DNA from: an uncultured Gemmatimonadales bacterium
GTDB taxonomy: Bacteria; Gemmatimonadota; Gemmatimonadetes; Gemmatimonadales; GWC2-71-9
DNA: 64,000 nucleotides
Direction of reading: 5' to 3'
Assembly: GCA_963771275.1 (NCBI GenBank)
Contig: CAVYSW010000006.1
Location: 187,073 to 251,072, forward strand
Each line of letters begins with the position of its first letter. Position 1 is the first letter of the stretch. Of the stretch, positions 20,001 through 30,154 are shown piece by piece. The notes below the pieces were generated by a model, which made no database searches, was not told the origin of the DNA, and saw nothing but the letters and a program-made list of their open reading frames with translations. The translations under genes and the position numbers were made by a program.

Positions 20001-22613
20001 GACCAGAGCACCGTGGGCGGCGACTCGATGTTCGTGGACGTACCGAACGGGACGCAGTACTTCTACTTCAACCTCCAGGCGCTGGAGGGGGTGGCGGACA
20101 CGGGGGTGGCCGGCGTCCAAGTGACGGCGCGCGCGCCGGGGTTCACGTCGGGGGCGGCGACCACCACCATCCGCCGGCCGGCGTTCGATCTCTATCCGCT
20201 TCCGTCCACCACCACGACGCTGTCCGACAGCACGCCGTTCTTCGCGTACGTGGGCTACGGCTCCGGCGGCTACGTCAACGCCCAGCCCGTCCGGGCCGGC
20301 GGCCAACCGCTCACGGTCACGCTGGTCAACGACTCGGCCAGCGTGGGCGACCTGGTGAAGAGCGGGGGGCAGCGCGGGGACACGCTGACCGTGCAGATCC
20401 CGGTGGGGTCGTCCCAGTCCCCGGGCACGGTCGCCACCGGCGGGGTGGCCTACGATCCGGACAACGGCGGCGTCACGAGCATCGGCGGCAGCATCCCGGG
20501 CTTCGACCTGACGTCCTACTACAACCGCTCCGTGACCGTGACGGCTCCCAACATCACGCTCTACGCGAACACGCTGGGCGCGGGGCTGCAGTTCCCGTCG
20601 AACACGTATGGCTATCTCGCCGCGGCGAATCACGGCGGCGTGCGGGTCTGGATCAAGAGCGCCGACCCGAGCATGCTGCTCGTGGCGCCGGACCAGAGCA
20701 CCGTGGGCGGCGACTCGATGTTCGTGGACGTGCCGAACGGGACGCAGTACTTCTACTTCAACCTCCAGGCGCTGGAGGGGGTGGCGGACACGGGGGTGGC
20801 CGGCGTCCAAGTGACGGCGCGCGCCCCGGGGTTCACGTCGGGGGCGGCGACCACCACCATCCGCCGGCCGGCGTTCGATCTCTATCCGCTTCCGTCCACC
20901 ACCACGACGCTGTCCGACAGCACGCCGTTCTTCGCGTACGTGGGCTACGGCTCCGGCGGCTACGTCAACGCCCAGCCCGTCCGGGCCGGCGGCCAACCGC
21001 TCACGGTCACGCTGGTCAACGACTCGGCCAGCGTGGGCGACCTGGTGAAGAGCGGGGGGCAGCGCGGGGACACGCTGACCGTGCAGATCCCGGTGGGGTC
21101 GTCCCAGTCCCCGGGCACGGTCGCCACCGGCGGGGTGGCCTACGATCCGGACAACGGCGGCGTCACGAGCATCGGCGGCAGCATCCCGGGCTTCGACCTG
21201 ACGTCCTACTACAACCGCTCCGTGACCGTGACGGCTCCCAACATCACGCTCTACGCGAACACGCTGGGCGCGGGGCTGCAGTTCCCGTCGAACACGTATG
21301 GCTATCTCGCCGCGGCGAATCACGGCGGCGTGCGGGTCTGGATCAAGAGCGCCGACCCGAGCATGCTGCTCGTGGCGCCGGACCAGAGCACCGTGGGCGG
21401 CGACTCGATGTTCGTGGACGTGCCGAACGGGACGCAGTACTTCTACTTCAACCTCCAGGCGCTGGAGGGGGTGGCGGACACGGGGGTGGCCGGCGTCCCG
21501 GTGACGGCGCGCGCGCCGGGGTTCACGTCGGGGGCGGCGACCACCACCATCCGCCGGCCGGCGTTCGATCTCTATCCGATTCCGTCCACCACCACGACGC
21601 TGTCCGACAGCACGCCGTTCTTCGCGTACGTGGGCTACGGCTCCGGCGGCTACGTCAACGCCCAGCCCGTCCGGGCCGGCGGCCAACCGCTCACGGTCAC
21701 GCTGACGCACAGCACCCGTGGCGTCGGCCGGCTGATCACCACCGCGGGTACGGGTGACACGGTAACCGTCCAGATCCCGACCGGCAGCTCTCAGTCACCG
21801 TACGGAGTGACGGCCGGCGGCGTGGCGTTCGATCCACTGACCGCAGGGACGACCACCATTGCCGGGAGCATTCCGGGCTTCGACCTGACGTCCTACTACA
21901 ACCGCTCGGTGACCGTGACAGCCCCCGGCATCAGCGTCTATGAATGGACGGTGGGCAGCGGGCTCCAACGGAGCGCGTACGGCTATCTCGGAGCGGCGAA
22001 TCACGGCGGCGTCAACGTCATCGTGAAGAGCAGCGCGCCGTCGGTCGCGCGCGTGGCACCGAACGACACCACGCCGGGGACCGACTCGATCGTGATCTTC
22101 GTCCCCAATGGCCAGACCTCGATTGACTACTACGTGCAGGGCGTGGAGGGCCAGACCGGGACGGTGACGACCACGGCCCGGGCTTCCGGCTTCACGGATG
22201 GCACCGCACCGCTCAACGTGGTCCAGCCCGCGGTCGGCTTCTACGGCCTGCCCGGGTCCGTGAGCCTCGGCCAGCCACCCGACAGCGTGGCGTTCTACAC
22301 CGAGCTTGGCATTCCGTACGCCAGCAACCAGTACCTCCTGGAGGGGCAGGCGGTGCGGGCGGGCGGGACGGCCGTCACGGTGGCGCTCAGCAGCGGCGCC
22401 GCGGCGGTCGGCGAGCTCGTCACGGCCACGCAGCGGGGTGCCGGCGTCACGGTCCAGATCCAGCCCGGCCAGTACTACTCACCCACGACGGTGGCGGCGG
22501 GCGGGGTCGCGTTCAAGAAGTTGAGCCAGGGCTCGACCGTCGTCACGGCCGCCATTCCGGGCTTCATTACGCTGACGCTCGAAGGGATTCGTACCGTCAT
22601 TGTGAATCCCTGA
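17096..22613 (+). CDS. Giant Ig-repeat (invasin/Big_1-like) surface lipoprotein, ~1838 aa if a +1 frameshift near 19256 is corrected
   Basis: Lipobox LLLSC; repeated SGNNQSA...VTFAVT...WTLG Ig units; the reading frame continues in ORF 19269..22613 after one extra base. Confidence 0.8.
19863..21704 (+). repeat. Intragenic tandem repeat, 690-bp (230-aa) unit, ~2.7 near-identical copies plus a diverged remainder
   Basis: atcacgctctacgcgaacacgctggg at 19863, 20553 and 21243; only a handful of substitutions between copies. Confidence 0.97.
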
Positions 22614-22669
22614 GATTCCGGATTCCTCTTGACTCGGGCGCCGGAAACCGCCAGATTCGCGGGCGATAG

Positions 22670-22700
22670 GGCCCCGGCCGCGAGGCGGGGCCGCTTTCGT
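22670..22700 (+). terminator. Probable terminator hairpin after the giant Ig gene
   Basis: GGCCCC-g-GCC-GCGA-GGC-GGGGCC (GNRA loop) followed by gctttcgt. Confidence 0.5.
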
Positions 22701-22808
22701 ACCCCCCGTCACCCGAGACGGCTACATCCAGAGTCTGGTTACCACGGCGCGGATCTCCCAGTCGACCCGCGCCATGTCAGTCTCATTATTCCACAGCGGG
22801 AGGAGTAC

Positions 22809-23588
22809 ATGCAGATGCTTCGGAAACTGAGTACGGTTGTACTGGTCGCCGCGGTCGCGGCGTGCGGCGACAGCACCGGCCCCAACGGGACCACACTGAC
22901 CGCACAGGAGAAGCAGACGCTCGTCACCGCCCTCAGCTCGACGGAGTTCGGCGGGCTGGCGGCGATCGTGGTCCAGCAGGTGGGTGAGGTCGGCTCGCTC
23001 AGCGCCGTCGCGGCCAATGCCGCCCGGAGCGAGGCGTTTGACAAGGCCATCCGCATGGCCGTGTCGCGGTCCGCGGCCACGGCGTACGAAGGCGCGGTGG
23101 GAATCGCCATCGAGTTCACGGAGACGGTCACGGGCCAGAGCCCCACGAGCGGCTGGTTCTACGGCGTGGTGGGCTGGAACGGGATCAACACGTCCACCAA
23201 CACGATCGACGAGCTGGTGCTCGTGGGCGGCTTCGGCGACGTGGCAGGCCTTCCCACGTCGGTGTCGGGCACGGTCGAGAGCGGCGACGTCTTCGCGCTG
23301 TACGACGCCGCCGGGACGACCTACACCGGCACGACCGGTACGGCGGCGGTCACCGGGTCGAGCTTCACCGGCTCGGGCACGGACTGCTCGGCGAGCGGGT
23401 CGGGCTTCACGTACGACTGCAACGTCATCGTGGGCTCGTTGAACGCGAACTTCGCGTTCGACGCGATCAACACCAGCGAGCAGACCTACGCGCAGGCGGC
23501 GGTGGAGGGCACGAGCCTCCCGGCGATCAAGATGACCCTGGATATCACGTACACCGCGCCGGCAGCCGCGCGCATGCACGTGCGATAA
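22809..23588 (+). CDS. Hypothetical lipoprotein (Thr/Gly/Ser-rich, beta-rich C-terminus)
   Basis: Strong RBS GGAGGAG; lipobox VAAC followed by GDSTGP. Confidence 0.78.
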   Translation: MQMLRKLSTVVLVAAVAACGDSTGPNGTTLTAQEKQTLVTALSSTEFGGLAAIVVQQVGEVGSLSAVAANAARSEAFDKAIRMAVSRSAATAYEGAVGIAIEFTETVTGQSPTSGWFYGVVGWNGINTSTNTIDELVLVGGFGDVAGLPTSVSGTVESGDVFALYDAAGTTYTGTTGTAAVTGSSFTGSGTDCSASGSGFTYDCNVIVGSLNANFAFDAINTSEQTYAQAAVEGTSLPAIKMTLDITYTAPAAARMHVR

Positions 23589-23608
23589 CGCTTTCCGCCG
23601 GATGCACG

Positions 23609-23646
23609 AGCGCCGCGGGCTCACACCCGCGGCGCTTTGCTTTGCT
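23609..23646 (+). terminator. Intrinsic terminator hairpin
   Basis: AGCGCCGCGGG-ctcaca-CCCGCGGCGCT perfect 11-bp stem followed by TTGCTTTGCT. Confidence 0.75.
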
Positions 23647-23702
23647 CCCCCCTGCCCCTCTCCCCGCCGCCCCCCTCGCCCCAGCGGTCTGGACCGGCGG
23701 TC

Positions 23703-24983
23703 TCACACCGCTTCCAGTGCCTGCTCGAGATCCGCGATAGTGTCCTCGAAGTGCTCGATGCCGACCGAAATGCGCACCAGACCCGGCGTGATTCCCATCC
23801 GCGCCTGGTCCTCGGGCGGGATGTCCGAATGCGTCATGCTCGCCGGGTGCTCGGCCAGGGACTCCGTCCCGCCGAGGCTCACGGCCAGCCGCACCAGCTT
23901 GAGCGCGTTCAGGAAGCGGAACGCCGCGGCTTCGCCCCCGTCTACCTCGAAGGCGATGAGCGAGCCGGGGCCGGCGCACTGCTTGCGGTATACTCCGTAC
24001 TCCGGATGGTCCTCGCGCAGCAGCCCGAGGTAGTGTACCGCCCGCACCTTGGAATGCTCGGTCAGGAAGTCCGCCACGTAGCGGGCGTTCTTCATCTGGG
24101 CGGTCATGCGCATCTTGAGTGTCTCGAGGCTCCGCATCAGGAGCCAGCCGGTCCACGGCCCGGCCATCGTCCCGATGAACGTCCGCAGCGCCCGGATCGG
24201 TCCCATCGCGTCCGCGGTGCCCAGCGCCGCCCCGGCGATCACGTCGCTGTGCCCCCCGATGAACTTGGTCGCCGAGTAGAGCACGATGTCCGCGCCGTGC
24301 TTGAGGGGATGCTGCCACAGCGGCCCGAGGAACGTATTGTCCACCATGACCACGGGCTTCAGGCCCTCCCGCCCGAACGTGCGCGCGAACGCGACCGCGT
24401 CCTGGATGTCCACCATCGCGTTGGTCGGATTGGCCGGCGTCTCCATGTACAGCACGGGCATGCGTCGTCCGCCGACTCGCTCGCGCACGCCCGCCGCGAT
24501 CGCCGCGATCGGTTGCCCGGCCGGGAACCCGACCGGCGTGATGGCAAACTGCGGGAGGATCGTGGTGAGGAAGTGCTCGGTGCCGCCGTACAGCGGCTCG
24601 CTGTGGACGACCACGTCGCCCGGGCGCAGGTACGCGAGCAGGCTCGTGGCGATGGCCGCCATCCCGCTCTCGAACACGGCGCAGGCCTCGGCACCGTCCC
24701 ACAGGCCGAGCCGGTCTTCCAGGATCTCGAGGTCCGGGTTGTTGAGACGGGAGTAGATCAGTCCCGTCTCCTCGCCGGGTCCCTGCTCGCGCAGCCCGTA
24801 GGCCAGCTCGAAGAAGTGCTTGCCGGCCTCGGCGGTCGGGAAGACGAACGTGGATGTCTGGAAGATCGGGCACTTGAGCGCGCCTTCGGAGAGCATCGGA
24901 TCGTACCCATACCCCATCATCAGGCTCTCGGGCCGCAGCGCGTGCTCGCCGATCGCATGTTCCTTGTACTTGGCCTTCGGCAT
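23703..24983 (-). CDS. Cys/Met metabolism PLP enzyme (methionine gamma-lyase / cystathionine gamma-synthase family)
   Basis: YSRLNNP, SGMAAI, ETPANPT, VDNTF, SATKFIGGHSD, AVSLGGTESL; RBS GGAGG. Confidence 0.92.
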   Translation of the reverse strand: MPKAKYKEHAIGEHALRPESLMMGYGYDPMLSEGALKCPIFQTSTFVFPTAEAGKHFFELAYGLREQGPGEETGLIYSRLNNPDLEILEDRLGLWDGAEACAVFESGMAAIATSLLAYLRPGDVVVHSEPLYGGTEHFLTTILPQFAITPVGFPAGQPIAAIAAGVRERVGGRRMPVLYMETPANPTNAMVDIQDAVAFARTFGREGLKPVVMVDNTFLGPLWQHPLKHGADIVLYSATKFIGGHSDVIAGAALGTADAMGPIRALRTFIGTMAGPWTGWLLMRSLETLKMRMTAQMKNARYVADFLTEHSKVRAVHYLGLLREDHPEYGVYRKQCAGPGSLIAFEVDGGEAAAFRFLNALKLVRLAVSLGGTESLAEHPASMTHSDIPPEDQARMGITPGLVRISVGIEHFEDTIADLEQALEAV

Positions 24984-25140
24984 GGAGTCCTCCGGTCGGT
25001 GTGGCAGCGTGAGTCTGCGCCCGCGGGCGAGGAGAATCAAGGCACGCCCGCGAAGCTGAAGAAGCCTTCACGGTGCAGCAACGCCATCGTATCTTCCCCT
25101 TGCCCCCTTGCGCTGTCACCCGCGCTTTCCCGGAGTCCGC

Positions 25141-25563
25141 ATGCCCGCCGTCACCGTCCCCTGTCAGTTCTGCGGCACCCTCAACAAGGTCATTGCCGAG
25201 AAGATCGATCAGGGCCCGAAATGCGCGGAATGCGGCAGGCCGTTTCTGCTGGACCGGCCGATCAAGGTCGACGAGGCCCAATTCGACGCAACGGTGCTGA
25301 AAGCGGAGATCCCCGTGCTGGTGGACTTCTATGCCGACTGGTGCGGCCCCTGCCGCACGATGGCGCCGGCCCTCGACGAGATCGCCCAGGAAAAGGCGGG
25401 GAAGCTGCTGGTCGTCAAGATCGACACGGATCGCAGCCCGGGCGTGAGCGCCCGCTACGGCATTCGCTCGATCCCGTTCTTCGGTCGGTTCGAGCACGGC
25501 GCGCTGGTGAAGACCGTGGTGGGCGCCGTCGGGAAGGCGGGACTGGCGGACCTGGCGGCCTGA
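25141..25563 (+). CDS. trxC: Thioredoxin 2-like protein with N-terminal zinc finger
   Basis: CQFC...CAEC zinc motif and WCGPC active site. Confidence 0.85.
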   Translation: MPAVTVPCQFCGTLNKVIAEKIDQGPKCAECGRPFLLDRPIKVDEAQFDATVLKAEIPVLVDFYADWCGPCRTMAPALDEIAQEKAGKLLVVKIDTDRSPGVSARYGIRSIPFFGRFEHGALVKTVVGAVGKAGLADLAA

Positions 25564-25580
25564 GGATCAGATAGGAGGGG

Positions 25581-25624
25581 GAGAGGGGCAGAGATGAGCT
25601 TCCCTCTGCCCCTCTGCCCCTCTC
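25581..25624. repeat. Short palindromic element, 8-nt-period GAGGGGCA family
   Basis: gagaggggcagag ... ctctgcccctctgcccctctc between convergent genes; the 16-mer agaggggcagagatga recurs at 35469. Confidence 0.7.
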
Positions 25625-25636
25625 ATCTTCCTGGCC

Positions 25637-26935
25637 CTAGGCAGGCAGTCCCTGGTTGACCACTTCCGCCATCGCCGCCGTGAACTGATCGACCTCCCCC
25701 ACCATCGTGTACACGTTCGGGGTGACCCGGATGCCGGTGCACGCCGGATGGCCGATCGGGGTGACGATGATCCGCCTGGTGTTCCAGAGATGTGCGGTGA
25801 GCTTGCCCGGATCGACGCCCTCGATGCCGACGTTGGCGACCCCGGACTGCGTGACGTCGAAGCTCGAGTGCAGCTGCACCCGGGACAGCTTCGCCAGCGG
25901 GCGCATCCACCGCTCGCGGAGATAGCGCAGCCGCGCGGCCTTCCGCTCGACGCCGATCGCCCGGTGAAACGCCAGGGCCTCGGCAATCGCGTTGTGCGTC
26001 GCGGCCGGGTGCGTCCCGATTTCCTCGAACTTCCGGATGTTCTCGTCCATGGAGGGCGGCGCCGCCATCAGGGGCCACACCTCCTTGATCAGCTCGCGAC
26101 GCGCGAACAGGAACCCCGTGCCGATCGGCGCGAGCAGCCACTTGTGGAGCGACGTGCCGTAGTAATCGCACTCGAGGTCGGCATGCGTGAACGGGAACTG
26201 GGCGAAGGCATGCGCGCCGTCGACGATGGTGCGGATGCCGCGGGCGCGCGCCATGCGGCAGATGTCGCGCACCGGGAAGATCTGCCCCGTGATGTTCACC
26301 ACGTGGCAGAAGTGGATCACCCGGGTGCGCGGCCCCACGGCGTTGGCGAACAGATCCACCAGCGCCCGCGGGCTCGGCGGCGGCGTCTGGAACGGCAGCT
26401 GGCGGACCACGATGCCCTCCCGGCGCGCCCGCTGCTCCCACGTCGTGAGCATCCGGCCGTAGTCCTGGTCCGTCGTGAGGACCTCATCACCGCGCTCCAG
26501 CGGGAGACCGAGCTGGACGTTCTCGAGCGACTCGCTGGCGTTGCGCGTGATGGCGAGCTCCTCCGGATCGCAGCCGAACTCGGTCGCGAGCTGCCGGCGC
26601 ACGCTCTCGACCTCCGGCTCGAGCAGCCGCCACATGTGGTACACCGGCGCCTGGTTCGACAGCTCGAGGTAGCGCCGCATCGCATCGAGCACCACGCGCG
26701 GGCTGGGGCTTACTCCACCGTTGTTCAGGTTGATCAGGGTGCGGTCCAGCGTGAACGCCTGCTGGATCTGGATCCAGAAGTCCTCGTCGGCCGCCACGTC
26801 CTGGGCGGAGCGGTGCGCGACGGGGGCGACGGCCGCGAGCACCCGCTCGACGCCGTCGTTCCGGAGGGAAGGAACCAGTGCCGCACTGCCACCCGCGGCC
26901 ATGAGCGATCGAACGAAATCACGTCGGCTGGTCAT
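25637..26935 (-). CDS. Class V PLP aminotransferase (isopenicillin-N-epimerase-like) with Tat signal
   Basis: SRRDFV twin-arginine motif; NLNNGGVSPSP, VDGAHA, TSLHKWL. Confidence 0.88.
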   Translation of the reverse strand: MTSRRDFVRSLMAAGGSAALVPSLRNDGVERVLAAVAPVAHRSAQDVAADEDFWIQIQQAFTLDRTLINLNNGGVSPSPRVVLDAMRRYLELSNQAPVYHMWRLLEPEVESVRRQLATEFGCDPEELAITRNASESLENVQLGLPLERGDEVLTTDQDYGRMLTTWEQRARREGIVVRQLPFQTPPPSPRALVDLFANAVGPRTRVIHFCHVVNITGQIFPVRDICRMARARGIRTIVDGAHAFAQFPFTHADLECDYYGTSLHKWLLAPIGTGFLFARRELIKEVWPLMAAPPSMDENIRKFEEIGTHPAATHNAIAEALAFHRAIGVERKAARLRYLRERWMRPLAKLSRVQLHSSFDVTQSGVANVGIEGVDPGKLTAHLWNTRRIIVTPIGHPACTGIRVTPNVYTMVGEVDQFTAAMAEVVNQGLPA

Positions 26936-26967
26936 GCGCAGCACGCCCTGGGGAAGAGGACGAGGCG

Positions 26968-26996
26968 AGATTGGAGTGGCGGCGGGGGGTTGTCAA
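26968..26996 (-). promoter_or_regulatory. Putative sigma70 promoter for the class V aminotransferase
   Basis: Minus strand TTGACA (26996-26991), 17-nt spacer, CAATCT (26973-26968). Confidence 0.55.
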
Positions 26997-27080
26997 TAAG
27001 GCGCGGCGTGTTCCGGCGTGGAGTGGGGCTCCCGCGTTCTCAGGGGTCAGTCTCCCCGGCAAGTGCCCGAACGCGTTTCG

Positions 27081-27205
27081 ACCGCTGAGTACGCAGAGAC
27101 CGCAGAGACTATGGTGCATACAGCGTCTGTCACCCGGTAGGCAACAACGAGTACCAGAGACGCGTCCGCGGTCGGTGCGGCGGGCATCTCTGCGATCTCT
27201 GCGGT
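27081..27205. repeat. Second nnCGCAGAG palindromic element
   Basis: accgctgag-tacgcagag-accgcagaga (27081-27108) and tctctgcgat-ctctgcggt (27187-27205). Confidence 0.72.
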
Positions 27206-27220
27206 GCTTCACCCTCGCAG

Positions 27221-27892
27221 CTACGCGCGCGAGGACGGACCCGACTTGCCGCGGCGCCACCCGAGAATCGCACCGCCCACGAGCGCGATCACGGCGAACG
27301 AAAACCACTGGACGGCGTACGACAGGTGCGGTCCCTCGTCGAGCGCCGGGAGCTCCGGGATGGCCAGGCCGGCCGGCAGAGAGTCGGGTGCGGCCGTGCG
27401 GCGCAGCACCAGCGAGAAGAGCCGATATCCCAGCCGCAGCGTGTCCGGCCGGATGGCGCGCCGTCCGGCGGGGACCACGAGGACGCCCTCGACGACCGTG
27501 CTCTCGGCCTCCGCCAGCGCCGCCTGATCGACGGACCGGGCATCCGCCGCGAACGCCCAGCCACGATCGACCAGGATCGCGCTTCCGTCGGCGCGGCGGA
27601 GTGGGGTGAGCAGGTGGACGCCGGGAGCGCCGCGATACGATTTCTCCCCGTCGATGAGCTCCCGGCTGAAATCGAACGCGCCGCCGGCGCGGACCCGCCG
27701 GTACTGCAGCGAGTCGAGCCGCACGCCGGCCGTCATCGCCTCGCTCGTGAGATCGAGCGGGGGCTCCGCCATGCGCTGCGCCAGCAGCGCGTTGTGGGCC
27801 CGGCGCTGGTGCAGTCGGTCGAGCTGCCACACCCCAAGCCGCGCGAACAGGATCGCCAGCAGCACGCCGAGGATCGGGCCGATGGCGCGCAC
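27221..27892 (-). CDS. SURF1 family protein
   Basis: LGVWQLDRL, LLTPL, ILVDRGW, HLSYAVQWFSFA. Confidence 0.9.
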   Translation of the reverse strand: MRAIGPILGVLLAILFARLGVWQLDRLHQRRAHNALLAQRMAEPPLDLTSEAMTAGVRLDSLQYRRVRAGGAFDFSRELIDGEKSYRGAPGVHLLTPLRRADGSAILVDRGWAFAADARSVDQAALAEAESTVVEGVLVVPAGRRAIRPDTLRLGYRLFSLVLRRTAAPDSLPAGLAIPELPALDEGPHLSYAVQWFSFAVIALVGGAILGWRRGKSGPSSRA

Positions 27893-27914
27893 TAGCCAGG
27901 GAGCTCGCGCGTGC

Positions 27915-28592
27915 TCACCCGTCGGTCTTCCCCACGATCACCGTGGGGTGCATCCCCAGGAACAGACCCGTCTCCACGACCCCAGGGCGCGCCCGCAGGA
28001 CCCGCGCGACCGTCGCGGGACTCGAGATCCCGTCGACGAAGCGGCACTCGATGAGCAGGTGACCCTCGTCCGTCCGGTACGGCAGCCCATCGGGACCCCG
28101 GCGGATGATGGGGTCGGCGCCGAGCGCCCGCAGGGCGCCGAGCTGGCTGCCGGCACCGAAGGCCACGACCTCGACCGGGAGCGGCGACCGCGTACCGAGG
28201 CGGGGCACGAGCTTGGTCTCATCCACAACAATGACGAGCCGGCGCGACGCACTCGCCACGATCTTCTCCCGCAACAGGGCACCGCCCATCCCCTTGATGA
28301 GCTCGCCGTCGGGATCGACCTCGTCCGCGCCGTCGATCGTGAGGTCCACGACCGGGTGGTCCTCCAGCGTCCCGAGCGGGACGCCGAGCAGCACCGCCTG
28401 CTGGTGGGTGGCGTTGGAGGTGGGGATCCCCACGATGTCGCGCAGCTCACCGGCGCCGAGCCGCCGGGCCAGCTCCTCGAGCGCCAGCGCCGCCGTCGAG
28501 CCCGACCCGAGCCCGACGACCATGCCGGATTCGATGAGCGAGACCGCCTCGTTGGCCGCCTGGCGTTTCGCCGCCCGCGCCGGATCGCTCAC
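27915..28592 (-). CDS. rpiA: Ribose-5-phosphate isomerase A
   Basis: GLGSGST, DGADEVD, KGMGGALLREKIV; GTGA overlap with the pgi stop. Confidence 0.95.
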   Translation of the reverse strand: MSDPARAAKRQAANEAVSLIESGMVVGLGSGSTAALALEELARRLGAGELRDIVGIPTSNATHQQAVLLGVPLGTLEDHPVVDLTIDGADEVDPDGELIKGMGGALLREKIVASASRRLVIVVDETKLVPRLGTRSPLPVEVVAFGAGSQLGALRALGADPIIRRGPDGLPYRTDEGHLLIECRFVDGISSPATVARVLRARPGVVETGLFLGMHPTVIVGKTDG

Positions 28593-30154
28593 GCCCCCAC
28601 CTCCTGCCGCAGTCTGTCCCACTCATCCACGCGAAGCGTCGGTCGCCCGCGGGCCCGCAACGCCTCCCGGTCACCGTCCGCCTGCGCGGCGATCAGTCGC
28701 CCGAAGTCGTACGACGCGCCCGGGATCGCGGTTTCCACTTCGGGGCGATCCACCACCTGCAGGAAGTGACCCCGTGGCGGCCCACCCTTGTGGTACTGGC
28801 CGGTGGAATGGAGAAACCGCGGCCCATACCCCGCCGTGACCGCGACGTGCAACCGCCGTTCCAGGGCCCGGCGCAGCTCGGCGAGCTGCGCGTCCGCGGC
28901 GGGCGAGGGTGGAAGATAGGCCATGATCGCCACATAGTCGCCCGCCCGCACGCCGCGAAGCCACCGGCCGATCGCCGCCGTGTCGTCGGGGGCGGCGGCT
29001 GGCGTGCCCGCACCGAGCACCCGGTTCGTGTTGGCCTTACTCTCCGCCACGTTGGGCTGATCGAACGGGTTCACCTGCAACACGGCCCCCGCGACGGCCG
29101 TCGCGAATTCCCACCGCAGGAATTCCCCGCCGATGCCGTACGCCGACGGCAGGACGGCGGCATCGACCGGCGCACCCGCGGCCGTCGCCCGCCCGCGCAG
29201 GGCCGCCAGCGCGGGATCGGGTTCGCCTCCAAGCGTGCGGGTCACGAACACCCGGTCGGGCTCCGCTCCGGAGAGATCCGGCGCGCGCTCACCAACCACG
29301 GGCAGCACGCCGCGGCCCGCCTTGCCGGTGCTCTCGGCCACCAGCTGCTCGACCCAGAGACCGAGCGCGGCCAGCGACCTGTCCGTCAGGAGCGTGCACT
29401 TGTCACGGCCCGCCAGCGCCCCTTCCGCCATCAGGACACCAAGGGCGATTCCCGGGTTCTCCGCGCCGGGAGCGTGCAGGGCCGCCTCCGCCTCCCGCGC
29501 GCCCGCCAGCACGCGCTCGATGTCGAGCCCGATCAGCGCCGCCGGAACGAGCCCAAACAGCGAGAGCGCGGAGAACCGGCCACCGAGGTCCGGCGGGTTC
29601 AGGAAGACGTGGCGAAACCCCCGCGCGACCGCACCCTTGGCGAGCACGGTCTCGGGATCGGTGATCGCCACGAACTGCTCGCCCCGCCCGCCGGCCAACT
29701 CCCAGAAGTAGCGGTCGAAGCTCGCCGTCTCGAGGGTCGTGCCCGACTTCGAAGCGATGAGGAACAGCGTCGTGTCCAGCGTTCCAGGGGGGACCGCCCC
29801 GCGCACCGCTGCGGGGTGCGTGCTGTCGAGCAGGTGGAGCTCCGGGTAGCCCTCCCGTCGTCCGAACGTCCGCCCCAGCACCTCGGGAGCGAGGCTCGAG
29901 CCGCCCATGCCGCACAACACCACCCGCGCAAAGCGTCGCCGCGCCGTCTCCGCGAACTCCGTCACGACCGTCACGTGCCGCTGCATCGTGCGCGGCAGCT
30001 CGAGCCACCCCAGCCGATCGGCCAGCTCCGGCGTGGCCGGATCGGGCGACCACACGGATACGTCGCGGCGCCAGATGCGCGGCGCGACGTTCTCGCCCGC
30101 CAGCCGTGCGATGCGGCGCTGCACGCGCTCGCCGGGCTGTCCCGCGCCCATCAT
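28589..30154 (-). CDS. pgi: Glucose-6-phosphate isomerase (type resembling the PGI half of Tal-Pgi fusions)
   Basis: [60 protein letters not shown]. Confidence 0.9.
   Translation of the reverse strand: MMGAGQPGERVQRRIARLAGENVAPRIWRRDVSVWSPDPATPELADRLGWLELPRTMQRHVTVVTEFAETARRRFARVVLCGMGGSSLAPEVLGRTFGRREGYPELHLLDSTHPAAVRGAVPPGTLDTTLFLIASKSGTTLETASFDRYFWELAGGRGEQFVAITDPETVLAKGAVARGFRHVFLNPPDLGGRFSALSLFGLVPAALIGLDIERVLAGAREAEAALHAPGAENPGIALGVLMAEGALAGRDKCTLLTDRSLAALGLWVEQLVAESTGKAGRGVLPVVGERAPDLSGAEPDRVFVTRTLGGEPDPALAALRGRATAAGAPVDAAVLPSAYGIGGEFLRWEFATAVAGAVLQVNPFDQPNVAESKANTNRVLGAGTPAAAPDDTAAIGRWLRGVRAGDYVAIMAYLPPSPAADAQLAELRRALERRLHVAVTAGYGPRFLHSTGQYHKGGPPRGHFLQVVDRPEVETAIPGASYDFGRLIAAQADGDREALRARGRPTLRVDEWDRLRQEVGA

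Noticed and set aside
19863..21704. Possible CRISPR array or mobile-element repeat
   Set aside because: Units are 690 bp, in frame, contiguous, spacer-free and protein-coding.
22629..22657. TTGACT-17-CAGATT promoter for the 22809 lipoprotein
   Set aside because: Plausible, but it lies upstream of a terminator-like hairpin and a closer TATTAT exists near 22785; not resolvable from sequence alone.
24984..25140. SAM riboswitch upstream of the Met/Cys lyase
   Set aside because: No recognisable SAM-I core sequences; the short spacer is shared with divergent trxC.
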